Shown here piece after piece: positions 10,058 through 20,372 of a DNA stretch of 64,000 nt (the first letter of the stretch is position 1; the number at the start of each line of letters is the position of its first letter). The position numbers and the translations under genes were made by a program. Source of the stretch: Candidatus Eremiobacteria bacterium (GTDB lineage: Bacteria; Vulcanimicrobiota; Vulcanimicrobiia; Vulcanimicrobiales; Vulcanimicrobiaceae); NCBI GenBank assembly GCA_963737065.1, contig CAVTRC010000002.1, positions 288,001 through 352,000 of the forward strand. Direction: 5' to 3'. The notes beneath the pieces are model-generated. The model had not been told where the DNA came from. It saw only the letters and a program-made list of their open reading frames with translations, and did no database searches.

Positions 10058-13000
10058 TTGAATCTCATCGACGTCAATAACTTCGATGCCATGCGCATCG
10101 GATTAGCTTCGCCCGAGCAAATCCGCGCATGGTCGTTCGGCGAAGTCAAGAAGCCGGAGACGATCAACTACCGCACGCTGAAGCCCGAACGCGATGGGCT
10201 TTTCTGCGAAAAGATCTTCGGCCCCACCAAAGACTGGGAATGTCACTGCGGTAAGTACAAGCGCATCCGTTTCAAGGGCATGATCTGCGACCGCTGCGGC
10301 GTCGAGATCACGCGCGCGAAAGTGCGGCGCGAACGTATGGGCCATATCGAACTCGCGACGCCGGTTTCGCATATTTGGTATCTCAAGGGCGTGCCGTCGC
10401 GCATCGGCATTCTGCTCGACATGTCGCCGCGTCAACTCGAAAAAGTGATCTACTTTGCGGCGTACGTCGTCATCGATCCGGGCAACACTCCGCTCACGAA
10501 GCGTGAAGTGCTCTCCGAGCAGAAGTACCGCGAAGCGCGCGAAAAATACGGCGCGAATTTCAAAGCCGGTATGGGTGCCGAAGCGATCCGCGAACTGCTT
10601 CGCGATCTGAACCTGAAGAAGATTCAAGACGATCTTCGTAAGGAATTCAAAGAAACGTCCGGGCAAAAGCGCCTCAAGGCGATCAAGCGTCTCGAGGTCG
10701 TCGAAGCGTTTCTGGCGAGCGGAAATCGGCCGGAGTGGATGATCCTCTCCGCGGTTCCCGTCATTGCGCCCGAACTGCGCCCGATGGTCCAGCTCGACGG
10801 CGGGCGTTTTGCGACCTCAGACTTGAACGATCTCTATCGCCGCGTCATTAACCGCAACAATCGCTTAAAGCGTTTGTTGGAATTGAACGCGCCCGAGATC
10901 ATCATTAAAAACGAAAAGCGCATGCTCCAGGAAGCGGTCGACGCGCTGATCGACAACGGCCGTCGCGGCCGTCCGGTCACCGGTCCGAACAACCGTCCGC
11001 TGAAGTCGCTCTCCGACATCCTCAAAGGTAAGCAAGGCCGCTTCCGGCAGAACCTGCTCGGCAAGCGCGTCGACTACTCGGGACGTTCTGTTATCGTCGT
11101 CGGTCCTTCGCTGAAACTCCATCAGTGCGGTCTGCCGAAAGAGATGGCGCTCGAACTCTTCAAGCCCTTCGTGATGAAGAAGCTCGTTGACCGCGCACTC
11201 GCGCATAACATCAAGAGCGCAAAGCGAATGGTCGAACGCGTGCGTCCGGAAGTGTGGGACGTGCTCGAAGAGGTGATCAAAGAGCATCCGGTTCTACTGA
11301 ATCGCGCGCCGACGCTCCATCGTCTCGGCATTCAGGCGTTCGAGCCGGTCCTGGTCGAAGGTAAAGCGATTCACCTCCACCCGCTCGTCTGTACGCCGTA
11401 CAACGCCGACTTCGACGGCGATCAGATGGCGGTGCACTTGCCGCTCAGTGCGGGCGCGCAAGCCGAAGCGCGCATCCTCATGTTGTCCTCAAACAACATT
11501 CTGTTGCCCGCATACGGCAACCCGGTTTCGATTCCGACGCAAGACATGGTTTTGGGTCTGTACTATCTCACGTTCCAGCGCGACGAGTACAACGGGCCGG
11601 CAAAAGCTGAAGTCACCGAAGACTTCGACAACACCGTTCGCGCCGTGAAGCAAAATGCACCGGCCAAAGACGCGCCGGGTGCGATTCCGACGTTCTTCGA
11701 TTCCAAAGAAGCAGTCATGGCGTTTGAAACCGGAAACGCGAAACTGCAAGAGTGGATCTACGTTCGTTGGAAAGGCGAACTCATCAAGACGACGATCGGC
11801 CGCGTGATCTTCAATCTCGCGTTTCCGCTATCGTGGAAGAAAGAGTTCGTCAACCGCACGATGGACAAAGGCACGCTGAAGAAGACGATTACCGATTGCT
11901 ATCGCAAGTATGGTAACGCGGAAACGGCGCGCTTCCTCGACGCGATCAAGGAACTCGGATTCCACTATGCGACGCTTTCCGGTACGACCGTGTCGATTTC
12001 CGACATCATCGTGCCGCGAGCCAAGCACGACATTCTCGAAACGGCGCAAAACGAAGTCGATGAGTTGCACCGTCTCTTCGATCAGGGCTTCATCTCCGAC
12101 GACGAGCGCTACAACAAGACGATTGAAATTTGGTCGAAAGCCGGCGACGCCGTTACCGGCGCGATGCAAGCCGCGCAAAACCCGTTGAACCCCGTCTTCA
12201 TGATGGCAACGTCAGGTGCTCGTGGTTCGATCGCGCAGGTGAAACAGCTCGGCGGTATGCGCGGGCTCATGTCCGACCCGTCCGGCCGAATCCTGGAAAT
12301 TCCGGTAAAGGCGTCGCTCAAAGAAGGCCTCACCGTGCTCGAGTACTTCATCTCGACGCACGGCGCGCGTAAGGGTCTCGCCGACACGGCGCTCCGTACG
12401 GCAGACTCCGGTTACCTCACGCGTCGTCTCGTCGACGTTGCGCAAGACGTCATCATTCGCGAAGACGATTGCGGAACGGCAAGCGGCATCACCGTTTCCG
12501 ATATCCGCGTCGGCAAGGAAGTCATCGAACCGCTGATCGATCGCATTATCGGTCGCCGCTCGGTCGAAGACGTTCAAAGTGGTTCGAACGGTTCGGTACA
12601 GGCCGTCGTCGCGCGCGGTGAAGAGATCGACGAAGAGAAAGCAAAGGCTATAGTCGATGCGGGTATCGGGACGGTGAAGATCCGTTCGGTGCTCACGTGT
12701 CAATCGAAGTACGGCGTGTGCTCGACGTGTTACGGTCGCGATCTCGCAACCGGCAACCGCGCGGACATCGGTACGGCGGTCGGCATCATCGCGGCGCAAT
12801 CCATCGGTGAACCGGGCACGCAGCTCACGCTGCGTACGTTCCACACCGGCGGTGTCGCGACGGAAGACATCATCACGGGTCTGCCGCGCGTCGAAGAAAT
12901 CTTCGAAGCGCGTAAACCGAAGGGTCAAGCGATCATCACCAAGGTCGCCGGTACGATAAAGTTTGGCGAAGACAAGAGTCGCCGTCAAGTCTTCGTCGTC

Positions 13001-13852
13001 GATGAAACCGGCGAAGAGCACGAAGCCGATACGATTCCGAACAACACGCATCTCACCGTGCGTGAAGGCGATCACGTTTCGGTTGGCGATCAGCTCAACG
13101 AAGGCTCGCTCAATCCGCACGATATTCTTACGTTTAAGGGCGAGACTGCGCTCCAGAACTACATGGTCCAGGAAGTGCAGAAGGTCTATCGTTCGCAAGG
13201 CGTCGACATCAACGACAAGCACGTTGAAGTCATCGTTCGCGCGATGATGCGCAAGGTGAAGATCGTCGAGGGCGGCGACACGCTCATGCTTCCGGGGCAG
13301 GTCATCGAAGCGTCGGCGTTCCACGAAGCGAACGATCGTGCGAAGGCCGAGAACCACGAAGAGGCGACGGCGAGCCCGGTGCTGCTCGGCGTCACCAAGG
13401 CATCGCTGGCGACGGAGTCGTTCCTCTCGGCCGCATCATTCCAAGAGACGACGCGCGTCCTCACGGATGCCGCCATCAAGGGCAAGTACGACCCGTTGCT
13501 CGGTCTCAAGGAGAACGTCATCATCGGTAAGCTTATTCCGGCCGGCACCGGGATGTCGCGGTATCGCAACATCGAGATCCAGCCCGAAGGTCAAGATGTC
13601 GACGAAGAAGGCCGTCCGCGTCAGCAGTTCGAGATGGCATACGCCGGAATGACTGCGGACGAAGCGGCACTCGCGGAAGTGATGGGCGGCAACGGTGACG
13701 GCATGAGCCGTCTCGTGAGCGCGTACGAACGCAATCGCGAACCATTGACCGTGCAGTACGAAGGCGAATACGACGACACGCTCGCCGTGCATGCCGCACC
13801 GAAAAAGACGCAGTACGACCGGATCAAGGGTATCAACCCCGAAGATCTGTAG
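10058..13852 (+). CDS. rpoC: RNA polymerase beta' subunit (unsplit)
   Basis: NADFDGD catalytic motif, N-terminal zinc finger, [16 protein letters not shown] start after GGAG. Confidence 0.99.
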   Translation: MNLIDVNNFDAMRIGLASPEQIRAWSFGEVKKPETINYRTLKPERDGLFCEKIFGPTKDWECHCGKYKRIRFKGMICDRCGVEITRAKVRRERMGHIELATPVSHIWYLKGVPSRIGILLDMSPRQLEKVIYFAAYVVIDPGNTPLTKREVLSEQKYREAREKYGANFKAGMGAEAIRELLRDLNLKKIQDDLRKEFKETSGQKRLKAIKRLEVVEAFLASGNRPEWMILSAVPVIAPELRPMVQLDGGRFATSDLNDLYRRVINRNNRLKRLLELNAPEIIIKNEKRMLQEAVDALIDNGRRGRPVTGPNNRPLKSLSDILKGKQGRFRQNLLGKRVDYSGRSVIVVGPSLKLHQCGLPKEMALELFKPFVMKKLVDRALAHNIKSAKRMVERVRPEVWDVLEEVIKEHPVLLNRAPTLHRLGIQAFEPVLVEGKAIHLHPLVCTPYNADFDGDQMAVHLPLSAGAQAEARILMLSSNNILLPAYGNPVSIPTQDMVLGLYYLTFQRDEYNGPAKAEVTEDFDNTVRAVKQNAPAKDAPGAIPTFFDSKEAVMAFETGNAKLQEWIYVRWKGELIKTTIGRVIFNLAFPLSWKKEFVNRTMDKGTLKKTITDCYRKYGNAETARFLDAIKELGFHYATLSGTTVSISDIIVPRAKHDILETAQNEVDELHRLFDQGFISDDERYNKTIEIWSKAGDAVTGAMQAAQNPLNPVFMMATSGARGSIAQVKQLGGMRGLMSDPSGRILEIPVKASLKEGLTVLEYFISTHGARKGLADTALRTADSGYLTRRLVDVAQDVIIREDDCGTASGITVSDIRVGKEVIEPLIDRIIGRRSVEDVQSGSNGSVQAVVARGEEIDEEKAKAIVDAGIGTVKIRSVLTCQSKYGVCSTCYGRDLATGNRADIGTAVGIIAAQSIGEPGTQLTLRTFHTGGVATEDIITGLPRVEEIFEARKPKGQAIITKVAGTIKFGEDKSRRQVFVVDETGEEHEADTIPNNTHLTVREGDHVSVGDQLNEGSLNPHDILTFKGETALQNYMVQEVQKVYRSQGVDINDKHVEVIVRAMMRKVKIVEGGDTLMLPGQVIEASAFHEANDRAKAENHEEATASPVLLGVTKASLATESFLSAASFQETTRVLTDAAIKGKYDPLLGLKENVIIGKLIPAGTGMSRYRNIEIQPEGQDVDEEGRPRQQFEMAYAGMTADEAALAEVMGGNGDGMSRLVSAYERNREPLTVQYEGEYDDTLAVHAAPKKTQYDRIKGINPEDL

Positions 13853-13870
13853 CGCTACCCGCGTGATGAA

Positions 13871-13902
13871 GAGAGGCCCGGCGAAAATCTGCCGGGCCTC
13901 TC
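13871..13902. terminator. Hairpin terminator between rpoC and the EAL gene
   Basis: GAGAGGCCCGGC-8 nt-GCCGGGCCTCTC 12-bp inverted repeat. Confidence 0.75.
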
Positions 13903-13927
13903 GCTCATTGAGATGTGTGTTCGCGGC

Positions 13928-14749
13928 TTAGCTGGCCGTTGACTGCGAGAGCGATGCGAGGTTGATGAGTTCGATGCGCGCCGGACGCGCGAAGAGAAAC
14001 CCTTGCATAACATTGCAGCCGAGTTCCTGAAGAACCGCAACCTGTTCCGCGCGCTCGACGCCTTCGGCGACGATCTCCATGTTGCAGCTCGACGCGACGG
14101 TCATAATCGCGGAGACAACCGCTTTATCGACCTTTCCACCGGGTAGATCTTTCACGAAGCAGCGGTCGATCTTTAGCACATCGGCGGGAAACGACTTTAT
14201 GCGCCCGAGCGTGCTGTAACCCGTACCGAAATCGTCGATGACGATCTTTACGCCTTCGCAACGCAACGCGGCCACCATTGCCGTGATCGCGTCGACATCG
14301 CGCATGATGCAGGTCTCGGTGATTTCGAGCCAGAGCGACGTGGGCGGGAGTCCGCTCAATGCAAGTGCGCGCTGGATGCTCTCGACAAATGAGCCGCTGT
14401 CAAACTGACGGACTGAGACGTTGATCGATACGGGAACGTTGTAACCGGCGTCATGCCATCGCCGCGCTTCACGGCAAGCTTCTTCGAGAATGAGCAACCC
14501 GATTGCATCGATCAATCCGGTCTCTTCCGCAACATCGATGAATGTTTCGGGCAGCATCAAGCCGCGATTCGGATCGCGCCATCGTACCAGCGCTTCCACC
14601 GCAAACGTTTCTCCTCGCGCCGTATCGACAATCGGTTGATAGTGCAGTTCGAATCGCCGCCGCGCGACCGCGCGTCGAAGCTCCGACTCGAGCGTAGCCG
14701 TCCCGGTACGCGGAAAATCGGTTCGCGCTAACATGGACCAGATGCTCAT
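13928..14749 (-). CDS. Stand-alone EAL-domain c-di-GMP phosphodiesterase
   Basis: YQPIVD, EALVRW, LEITE, DDFGTGYS, LKIDR and AEGVE all intact. Confidence 0.95.
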   Translation of the reverse strand: MSIWSMLARTDFPRTGTATLESELRRAVARRRFELHYQPIVDTARGETFAVEALVRWRDPNRGLMLPETFIDVAEETGLIDAIGLLILEEACREARRWHDAGYNVPVSINVSVRQFDSGSFVESIQRALALSGLPPTSLWLEITETCIMRDVDAITAMVAALRCEGVKIVIDDFGTGYSTLGRIKSFPADVLKIDRCFVKDLPGGKVDKAVVSAIMTVASSCNMEIVAEGVERAEQVAVLQELGCNVMQGFLFARPARIELINLASLSQSTAS

Positions 14750-16098
14750 GCCGATCTACCGAGCCAGCTACGATGAAATGAGGTCGCGCGTCTGCCTGCG
14801 TCGGCTACATGCCGTTCGTCCTTGGTGATTGACGCGATCGCGCGTGCAGTCTTTGCCGCGCGCCACTGAAAGCCGAGGCGATCCCAGGTGGACAAGGCGC
14901 TGTTTAAGTAGTCGAGTCCGCGTTCGACGTCACCGTTGGCGGCCGCAACCGCGCCGAAAGCGTCATATTCATATGCCCGCCAGCGATGAAGCGTTCCGCT
15001 TGCAATGAGCATCGGGTCGATCGGCTTACGAATCGCCTTGTAGCGCGCTACCATCGCTTCCGCGCGCTTGGGATTGAACGATGCCGCAAGCTCCGCGCCC
15101 CAGAGTAACGCATACCGGTCTTCGCCTTGCGTCGCGTTCCAATCGACAAGCGCGCACAGTTGTTCGGCCTCATCGAAACGTTCGCGTGCCGACAGCACTT
15201 CACCGATCGCGCCGAAGAGAAACGAACGATCCAAAATCGCTTCGATGCGCCGCGGTATCGTGGGCGCGTGGACTTCAGCCTTACGCAAATCTCGGAACGC
15301 CGCGATTTCGTTTCCTTCGAGCGCTTCGTTCCATCCGAGAGCGCGATAGACGTTATACGCCCAGCCCGGCATTTCGCCGTTCCAGGGCAACGTAGACGCG
15401 CGCGTGCGAACGAAGTTCGCCACATCGGGCATGTGCATCTCGGGGATAAGCGAAGCAAGGTTGTTCAAGAGTGAGGCTTCTGCCCATATCTCAGGTTGCG
15501 TCGCAGCGGCAAGCGCAGCCAAACCTTGTCGCAGGTAAGCAATTTGCGCTTCGTGACGCTCGTTCAGTCCTTCGATGAGGGACAGCAGCTCATACGTGAA
15601 CGCAACGGATGCTGCGGCCGGATGGGCGCCCACACTGCTATATTCGCAACCTTCGACTTCCGCGAGCGATTCCCGCGCAATGCGTTGCGCTTCCGCGACG
15701 TCCTTGCTTCGCCACGCTGAAAGCGCGACGTAGTAGTTGAGTTCGACCCGCAGCGCGGGCGCTGCGATGCCGCAAAGCGATTCGCGAGCCTCGACCCACG
15801 CTGAATCGGCACCTGTCTCATCACCTTGGCGGTCGAGAATCGTGCCGAGCAACGTGCAATAGAGCGCGCGGTCAAGACCGTTGCGCACCGTTTGTCCGGC
15901 TTGCCGGATGGCGGCTTCGGCTTCTCGTAGACGGCGCAACCGAAGAAGCGCGCGCGCGCGCAGCACGTCCGCCTCAAAGCCGGAATGGAAACGAAGAGCA
16001 CTGATGCAGTCTGCGTTACGGGCAGACGCATAGTGATCGACCGCTATATGAAACGGCTGTTGCTTCGGGACGAACGTGACGACGCGTGCTGGTTGCAG
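14746..16098 (-). CDS. TPR-like all-helical protein, probable CTG start
   Basis: Frame of ORF 14746-15966 stays open upstream to CTG at 16098, 5 nt after GGGAGG; Ala/Leu-rich helical repeats; ATGA overlap with the EAL gene. Confidence 0.75.
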   Translation of the reverse strand: MQPARVVTFVPKQQPFHIAVDHYASARNADCISALRFHSGFEADVLRARALLRLRRLREAEAAIRQAGQTVRNGLDRALYCTLLGTILDRQGDETGADSAWVEARESLCGIAAPALRVELNYYVALSAWRSKDVAEAQRIARESLAEVEGCEYSSVGAHPAAASVAFTYELLSLIEGLNERHEAQIAYLRQGLAALAAATQPEIWAEASLLNNLASLIPEMHMPDVANFVRTRASTLPWNGEMPGWAYNVYRALGWNEALEGNEIAAFRDLRKAEVHAPTIPRRIEAILDRSFLFGAIGEVLSARERFDEAEQLCALVDWNATQGEDRYALLWGAELAASFNPKRAEAMVARYKAIRKPIDPMLIASGTLHRWRAYEYDAFGAVAAANGDVERGLDYLNSALSTWDRLGFQWRAAKTARAIASITKDERHVADAGRRATSFHRSWLGRSA

Positions 16099-16196
16099 GA
16101 CGGCCTCCCGAAAAGCGAAGCTTGACGAAGACTATATAAATGCTCGCTTACTGGGTATCGGCAGACCGCACGTCAGTCTTGAGGGGTAGCGGCTAT

Positions 16197-16268
16197 TTAC
16201 TTGCCGCCCGGCCCCCCGCAGTTCGAAGCTGCAGCAACGACAGCGAGAAGAGCAATAAGCGTTAGCAT
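16197..16268 (-). CDS. Small exported peptide precursor MLTLIALLAVVAAASNCGGPGGK (23 aa)
   Basis: AGGAGA RBS, ATG at 16268, TAA at 16197-16199; hydrophobic core then Cys-GGPGGK. Confidence 0.65.
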   Translation of the reverse strand: MLTLIALLAVVAAASNCGGPGGK

Positions 16269-16376
16269 GGCCGTCTCCTAATGTTGGCTTGTAGAGAGTT
16301 GGACCACGCCGACGGCTTACGCGATCGGGTGGCACCCCGTACCCGCCTATTCCTCGGCCGCTTTACGATCCCTTTG

Positions 16377-17354
16377 CTATCCCGATACGAATCTTTGACA
16401 ATATGGAACGCGGGCCGCCGGTCGCCTCGCGGAGCGCATCAATCGGGCGCGGTTGCGCGGTGCGCGCAAGGCCTCTAGCTCTTCGAGCGTCCGCGGCCAA
16501 TCGGCGCCGAGCAATCTCGAGAGCGCGCGATCCGCGAGGAGTTTTCCGCCCGTTTGGCATCGCGCGCAATAGTTCGTTTCGTTGTCGGCGTAACGAATGC
16601 GTTGCACCGGGTCGCCGCAACGCGGGCATGGCTTGCCGTAGCGGCCGTGTACTGCCATGTCTTTGCGAAATGCCGTGACTTTTTCCGGAAAATGCTCGCG
16701 CGCTTCGGAAGCAAGACGATCGATCCAAAGCTCGAGAACCTCTCGCGTAGCATCGTAAAGTCGTTGCCATTCGTCATCCGTAAGTTTTTGCGTCATCGCA
16801 ATTGGCGAAAGCTTTGCATGGTGCAGGATTTCGTCCGAGTACGCGTTGCCGATGCCATCGATGATGCGCGGGTCCGTAAGCGTGCGTTTGAGCGTGTGGT
16901 TTTCGCGCGAAAGCGCGTGGCGAAACGTTGCCGGATCCGAAGAAAAGACGTCGATGCCTCCCGGGTCGATCGAGCGCAACGCATCTCGACTTTTGAAGAC
17001 GTACAACGCAGCGCGATGCTTCGAACCAGCTTCAGTCAAGACGAGCGAACCGCTCGGAAAGTCGAGTGCTGCAAGGGTATTGCGCCCGGTGAGCGCTGCG
17101 CCGCGCTCACGCCAATGCAGTCTTCCGGCGATCATGAGATGGAGCGCGAGCCAGAGGTCCTCGTCGAATCCAATCGCAATGCGTTTGCCGATGCGCCGAA
17201 GTTCGCGAACGCGGTGATCGTCGAGCGCAGAAACCGGCGGATCGGCGGTCCGTAGCAAAAACGGATTGCCGATGCGAACGCGTTCGAGCCGTTCGCCGAC
17301 GATGCGTCGATCGAGCGCTGTGATGTATGCCGTGATATCCGGGAGCTCGGGCAT
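16377..17354 (-). CDS. Fpg/Nei family DNA glycosylase
   Basis: N-terminal PELPD, HLMIAG, H2TH GIGNAYSDE, zinc finger CPRC...CARCQ. Confidence 0.95.
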   Translation of the reverse strand: MPELPDITAYITALDRRIVGERLERVRIGNPFLLRTADPPVSALDDHRVRELRRIGKRIAIGFDEDLWLALHLMIAGRLHWRERGAALTGRNTLAALDFPSGSLVLTEAGSKHRAALYVFKSRDALRSIDPGGIDVFSSDPATFRHALSRENHTLKRTLTDPRIIDGIGNAYSDEILHHAKLSPIAMTQKLTDDEWQRLYDATREVLELWIDRLASEAREHFPEKVTAFRKDMAVHGRYGKPCPRCGDPVQRIRYADNETNYCARCQTGGKLLADRALSRLLGADWPRTLEELEALRAPRNRARLMRSARRPAARVPYCQRFVSG

Positions 17355-17357
17355 CGC

Positions 17358-17915
17358 TCACCGCTCGAGTTTGATATCGAGAATCGCCGCGGCTTCCGCA
17401 AGCGCCGGGTGATCGATCGTCAGCGGTTCGATTCCGCTCTCCCTCACGATCGTGACATCCCACAGACCGGCACTCTTCCAACGCGCATCGTTGAACGACC
17501 ACCATGCAATCCCGCTAAACTCGCCGCGGTCGAAAATTCGCAACGACCAATTTTGCGATTGCGAATAGTCGCGAGTGATGACGTTCGACGGCCGCAAGCC
17601 GAATTCGATCAGCCGATGCGGATCGTCTAGATCGACGATTGCCGCGTCATGGGCAACGTCATACCACGCGAGCGATCGCACGAGATCGGGATACCGGCGC
17701 AACGGAAGCATATCGGCCGTCCACTTCAACCGGTGCGCACCGCGATAGAAGACTTCGGCGCACGCACCTGCAGGCGAATCTCCGACGTAGAGGACGCGGT
17801 ACTGTTGCGGATTGTCGATGCGTCCGCCGCCTTGTTGCGCCGGAATGTAAAGAACGCCGCCCGGTTCGTCCGGTGCGGCGTTCGAATCGTGGAGAAGAAC
17901 GCGATAGAGCCTCAC
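17358..17915 (-). CDS. RES-domain toxin
   Basis: R (GGRIDNP), E (CAEVF) and S (GIAWWS) motifs; GTGA overlap with the antitoxin gene. Confidence 0.85.
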   Translation of the reverse strand: MRLYRVLLHDSNAAPDEPGGVLYIPAQQGGGRIDNPQQYRVLYVGDSPAGACAEVFYRGAHRLKWTADMLPLRRYPDLVRSLAWYDVAHDAAIVDLDDPHRLIEFGLRPSNVITRDYSQSQNWSLRIFDRGEFSGIAWWSFNDARWKSAGLWDVTIVRESGIEPLTIDHPALAEAAAILDIKLER

Positions 17916-18346
17916 GCGAACGCGCCGGCAGCAATCGCATCGATTGCGCCGATGACGCGAGCCGGCCCGGAGATCGTCAATACATTGATCGGGATGCTAT
18001 TGCCGAGCAGCGCCTCGGGCGACGCAAGCCAAGGCCCAACGTCTTCGGGATTCATCACGTGCAATGCGCGATCGATGATGTACTCAACGTCGCTGACGCG
18101 TCGGGCGAGCGCCGGGCTCACCCGCTCGTGGCCCTTGATGCAGCGATTGAGCTGCGACTTATCGACGTCGAGAATATCTGCTGCGGCGGAGAGCCCCAGC
18201 GCAGTAATCACGCGCTCGAGTTTCGGCTCGACCGGAAAAGCCTCGTCGGCATTCGGCTTGAGTTCGATCACCCGGTCGGAGCGCACGTTCCAGCGCATCA
18301 GCGCGGCGCGGCGACGCGAAGCCTTCTTGCTGCGGGTAATGGCCAT
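17912..18346 (-). CDS. Xre/MbcA/ParS-type antitoxin
   Basis: HTH (AADILDVDKSQLNR) and C-terminal WL..P..LLG..PI...GAFA; GGAGGT RBS. Confidence 0.85.
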   Translation of the reverse strand: MAITRSKKASRRRAALMRWNVRSDRVIELKPNADEAFPVEPKLERVITALGLSAAADILDVDKSQLNRCIKGHERVSPALARRVSDVEYIIDRALHVMNPEDVGPWLASPEALLGNSIPINVLTISGPARVIGAIDAIAAGAFA

Positions 18347-18365
18347 TGGTTTACCTCCCGCCTGC

Positions 18366-18417
18366 ATTATACTCCACGGAAAGCGTGGAGCCAAGTCGCG
18401 TCCACGCAAACCGTGGA
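18366..18417 (-). promoter_or_regulatory. TA operon promoter with two palindromic operators
   Basis: TTGGCT-17-TATAAT on the minus strand; TCCACG-N5-CGTGGA palindromes at 18372-18390 and 18401-18417. Confidence 0.8.
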
Positions 18418-18425
18418 GAAGGGCG

Positions 18426-18800
18426 TCAGAGGCCGCCGTAGGGACCCGTCGAGGAACTGTAGCTCCCGCTGCCGCGCGCATCTTTGACCTCTTGGTACCA
18501 TAGCGCGATGATCAGCAGCGTCGGAACCCACTGGCCCACAAGAAGTGACTCGTGTTTCCGGCCCATGAAGTTTAACGCGAGCGATATGCCGATCGAAAGT
18601 CCCGCCGCGCCGAGCAGTAAGCTGCGCTTGGTGGAATTCGTCGGTTCCTGGGCGTCATTGCGTTCGGTAGCTTCGCTGATCGCCGCGGCAGCGCGCCCGG
18701 CGCTCGTGTCCGTTGCATCGCGGATGCTGCCCGTAATTGATTCCGCTGCGGAACCCGCAGCGCGTTCCATCGATGAATCGGTGCTGTCGTATGTGCTCAT
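18426..18800 (-). CDS. Small membrane protein
   Basis: Polar N-terminus then two hydrophobic segments (GLSIGISLAL; VGQWVPTLLIIALW). Confidence 0.7.
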   Translation of the reverse strand: MSTYDSTDSSMERAAGSAAESITGSIRDATDTSAGRAAAAISEATERNDAQEPTNSTKRSLLLGAAGLSIGISLALNFMGRKHESLLVGQWVPTLLIIALWYQEVKDARGSGSYSSSTGPYGGL

Positions 18801-18840
18801 GAGGTCGCCTTACCCAAATGCGTTTACGCCGAACGCGCAA

Positions 18841-18868
18841 ACATGCGCGTTTCGCCGAACGCGCATGT
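18841..18868 (-). terminator. Perfect 11-bp hairpin downstream of the desaturase
   Basis: ACATGCGCGTT-6 nt-AACGCGCATGT; short T tract on the minus strand. Confidence 0.5.
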
Positions 18869-18895
18869 CCGCACGACGGGTAACGGAGTAGGCGC

Positions 18896-19795
18896 CTAGT
18901 CTGCCATCCAGCGGCGGAAGTAACGACGCTGAAGTTCTTTCTCGGCGTTCGCGAGACGTTCGCGCATTTCGCCGCTCGGCACCCGCACCTTATCGACCAG
19001 ATGCATTGCCTGCATCAGTTTGATCGTCCACCACGTGCAGTCGATCTCGAACCATTTCAAGCCGTGCCGCGCGGAGAACGGAAATGCATGATGATTGTTA
19101 TGCCAGCCTTCGCCCCACGATATGAGCGCGACCCACCACGAATTGACGGAACGGTCCGCGGTTCGATACGTGCGGTAACCGGCGAAGTGCGCAGCGCTGT
19201 TCACGAGCCACGTCGCGTGATATGTGAACACGAGGCGCGCGAAGACGCCCCACACGACCCACGACCATCCGCCGAGCAGAAATAACACGCCGGCAAGCGC
19301 GACTTGCAGCGGTACGTGAAGATACCGCAACGCTTGATAAAACGGATCGTCCCAAAGATCAGGCGTAAAACGCTTCTGTTGTTCGGGCGTGGGGAGGTTT
19401 TCGTTCGGGCGGAAAAGCCACGTCAAATGCGCCCAGCTCAATCCACGACGAGTGCTATGCGGATCGCCACGTCGATCCGAGTGCGCATGATGAACGCGAT
19501 GCGTCGCAACCCAATCGATCGGGCTTCCTTGAAATGCGAGCGTTCCTGCGATAGCCGTGGCATATTCCAGCGGCCGGACCATGCGTAGCGCACGATGCGT
19601 CAGCGCGCGGTGGTAGCACAACGTCACCCCAAATCCCCCGGTGACCCATGTGACGACGAACGCCGCGACGATCGCGGACCACGAAAAGAACATCGGAAAC
19701 AAGGCGAGGATCGCGCCTAAGTGAATCAAGAGCAGGCCGATGCCGGTGGCCCAGTTCGCACGGTGTTGCATGAAGGCGCGAAGTTCAAGAACCAT
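18896..19795 (-). CDS. Delta-9 type fatty acid desaturase
   Basis: His boxes HRALTH, HRVHH and GEGWHNNHH. Confidence 0.95.
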   Translation of the reverse strand: MVLELRAFMQHRANWATGIGLLLIHLGAILALFPMFFSWSAIVAAFVVTWVTGGFGVTLCYHRALTHRALRMVRPLEYATAIAGTLAFQGSPIDWVATHRVHHAHSDRRGDPHSTRRGLSWAHLTWLFRPNENLPTPEQQKRFTPDLWDDPFYQALRYLHVPLQVALAGVLFLLGGWSWVVWGVFARLVFTYHATWLVNSAAHFAGYRTYRTADRSVNSWWVALISWGEGWHNNHHAFPFSARHGLKWFEIDCTWWTIKLMQAMHLVDKVRVPSGEMRERLANAEKELQRRYFRRWMAD

Positions 19796-19838
19796 GATGC
19801 CATGCCCTTGGCATGTGCGTACGCTATATTAGCCAGGT

Positions 19839-20367
19839 ATGGATCCCTTGCTCGCCGTGGCGCATCTTCCGAAGCTTGCTGAACAAGCTATGCGCGCCTC
19901 GGTTATCGGTGCGCTCCAACGTGGACGTATGGCGCATCGCGCGGTGATCGATGATGCGCTCGTGCGCTTCGAACGCGACGTGCAAAGTTACGCGACCGAA
20001 GGGGTGCGGCCGGCGGTTTTGTTCGCCGAGCGCGATCGCATCGTACGCGAGCTGCGCGGCTTCATCGACGGCCGTCTCGCTGCGCGACTGGCGGAAGTGC
20101 GCCGGCGTGACCTGGTTGCGACAGCGGTAGGCTCGGCGCCGTTCGATGCAATTGTACGCAACCGTTTCGGCGATGCGTACGCGCGTCGTGCTCAGGCGCA
20201 TCCCTCCTGGCGCAAAACGGCTCGGAGTTATTCGACGCATCGCGCGGGCGGCCGAACGCTACAATTGCGTTCGGCTAAGCGGAGTGGTCCTCTACGACTT
20301 CACATCAGCGAGCACGCGTCTCTTGGCGGAAGCGCCGAGTCGCGCTTCCCGCCGCTCGGTGGCCTAG
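19839..20367 (+). pseudogene. Hypothetical protein, probable frameshift in the A-run near 20215
   Basis: As given, the ORF runs 186 bp into the convergent LuxR gene; removing one A in CGCAAAACGG gives HPSWRKRLGVIRR... ending at 20367, just before 20373. Confidence 0.5.
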
Positions 20368-20372
20368 CCGCC

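Noticed and set aside
16176..16186. GTCTTGAGGGG resembling GTCCTGAGGGG upstream of the second peptide
   Set aside because: Opposite orientation and position relative to the peptide ORF; the second copy is simply its RBS
18821..18868. Duplicated CGCCGAACGCGCA units as a possible CRISPR or REP array
   Set aside because: Only two copies, no spacers or cas genes; explained by a hairpin
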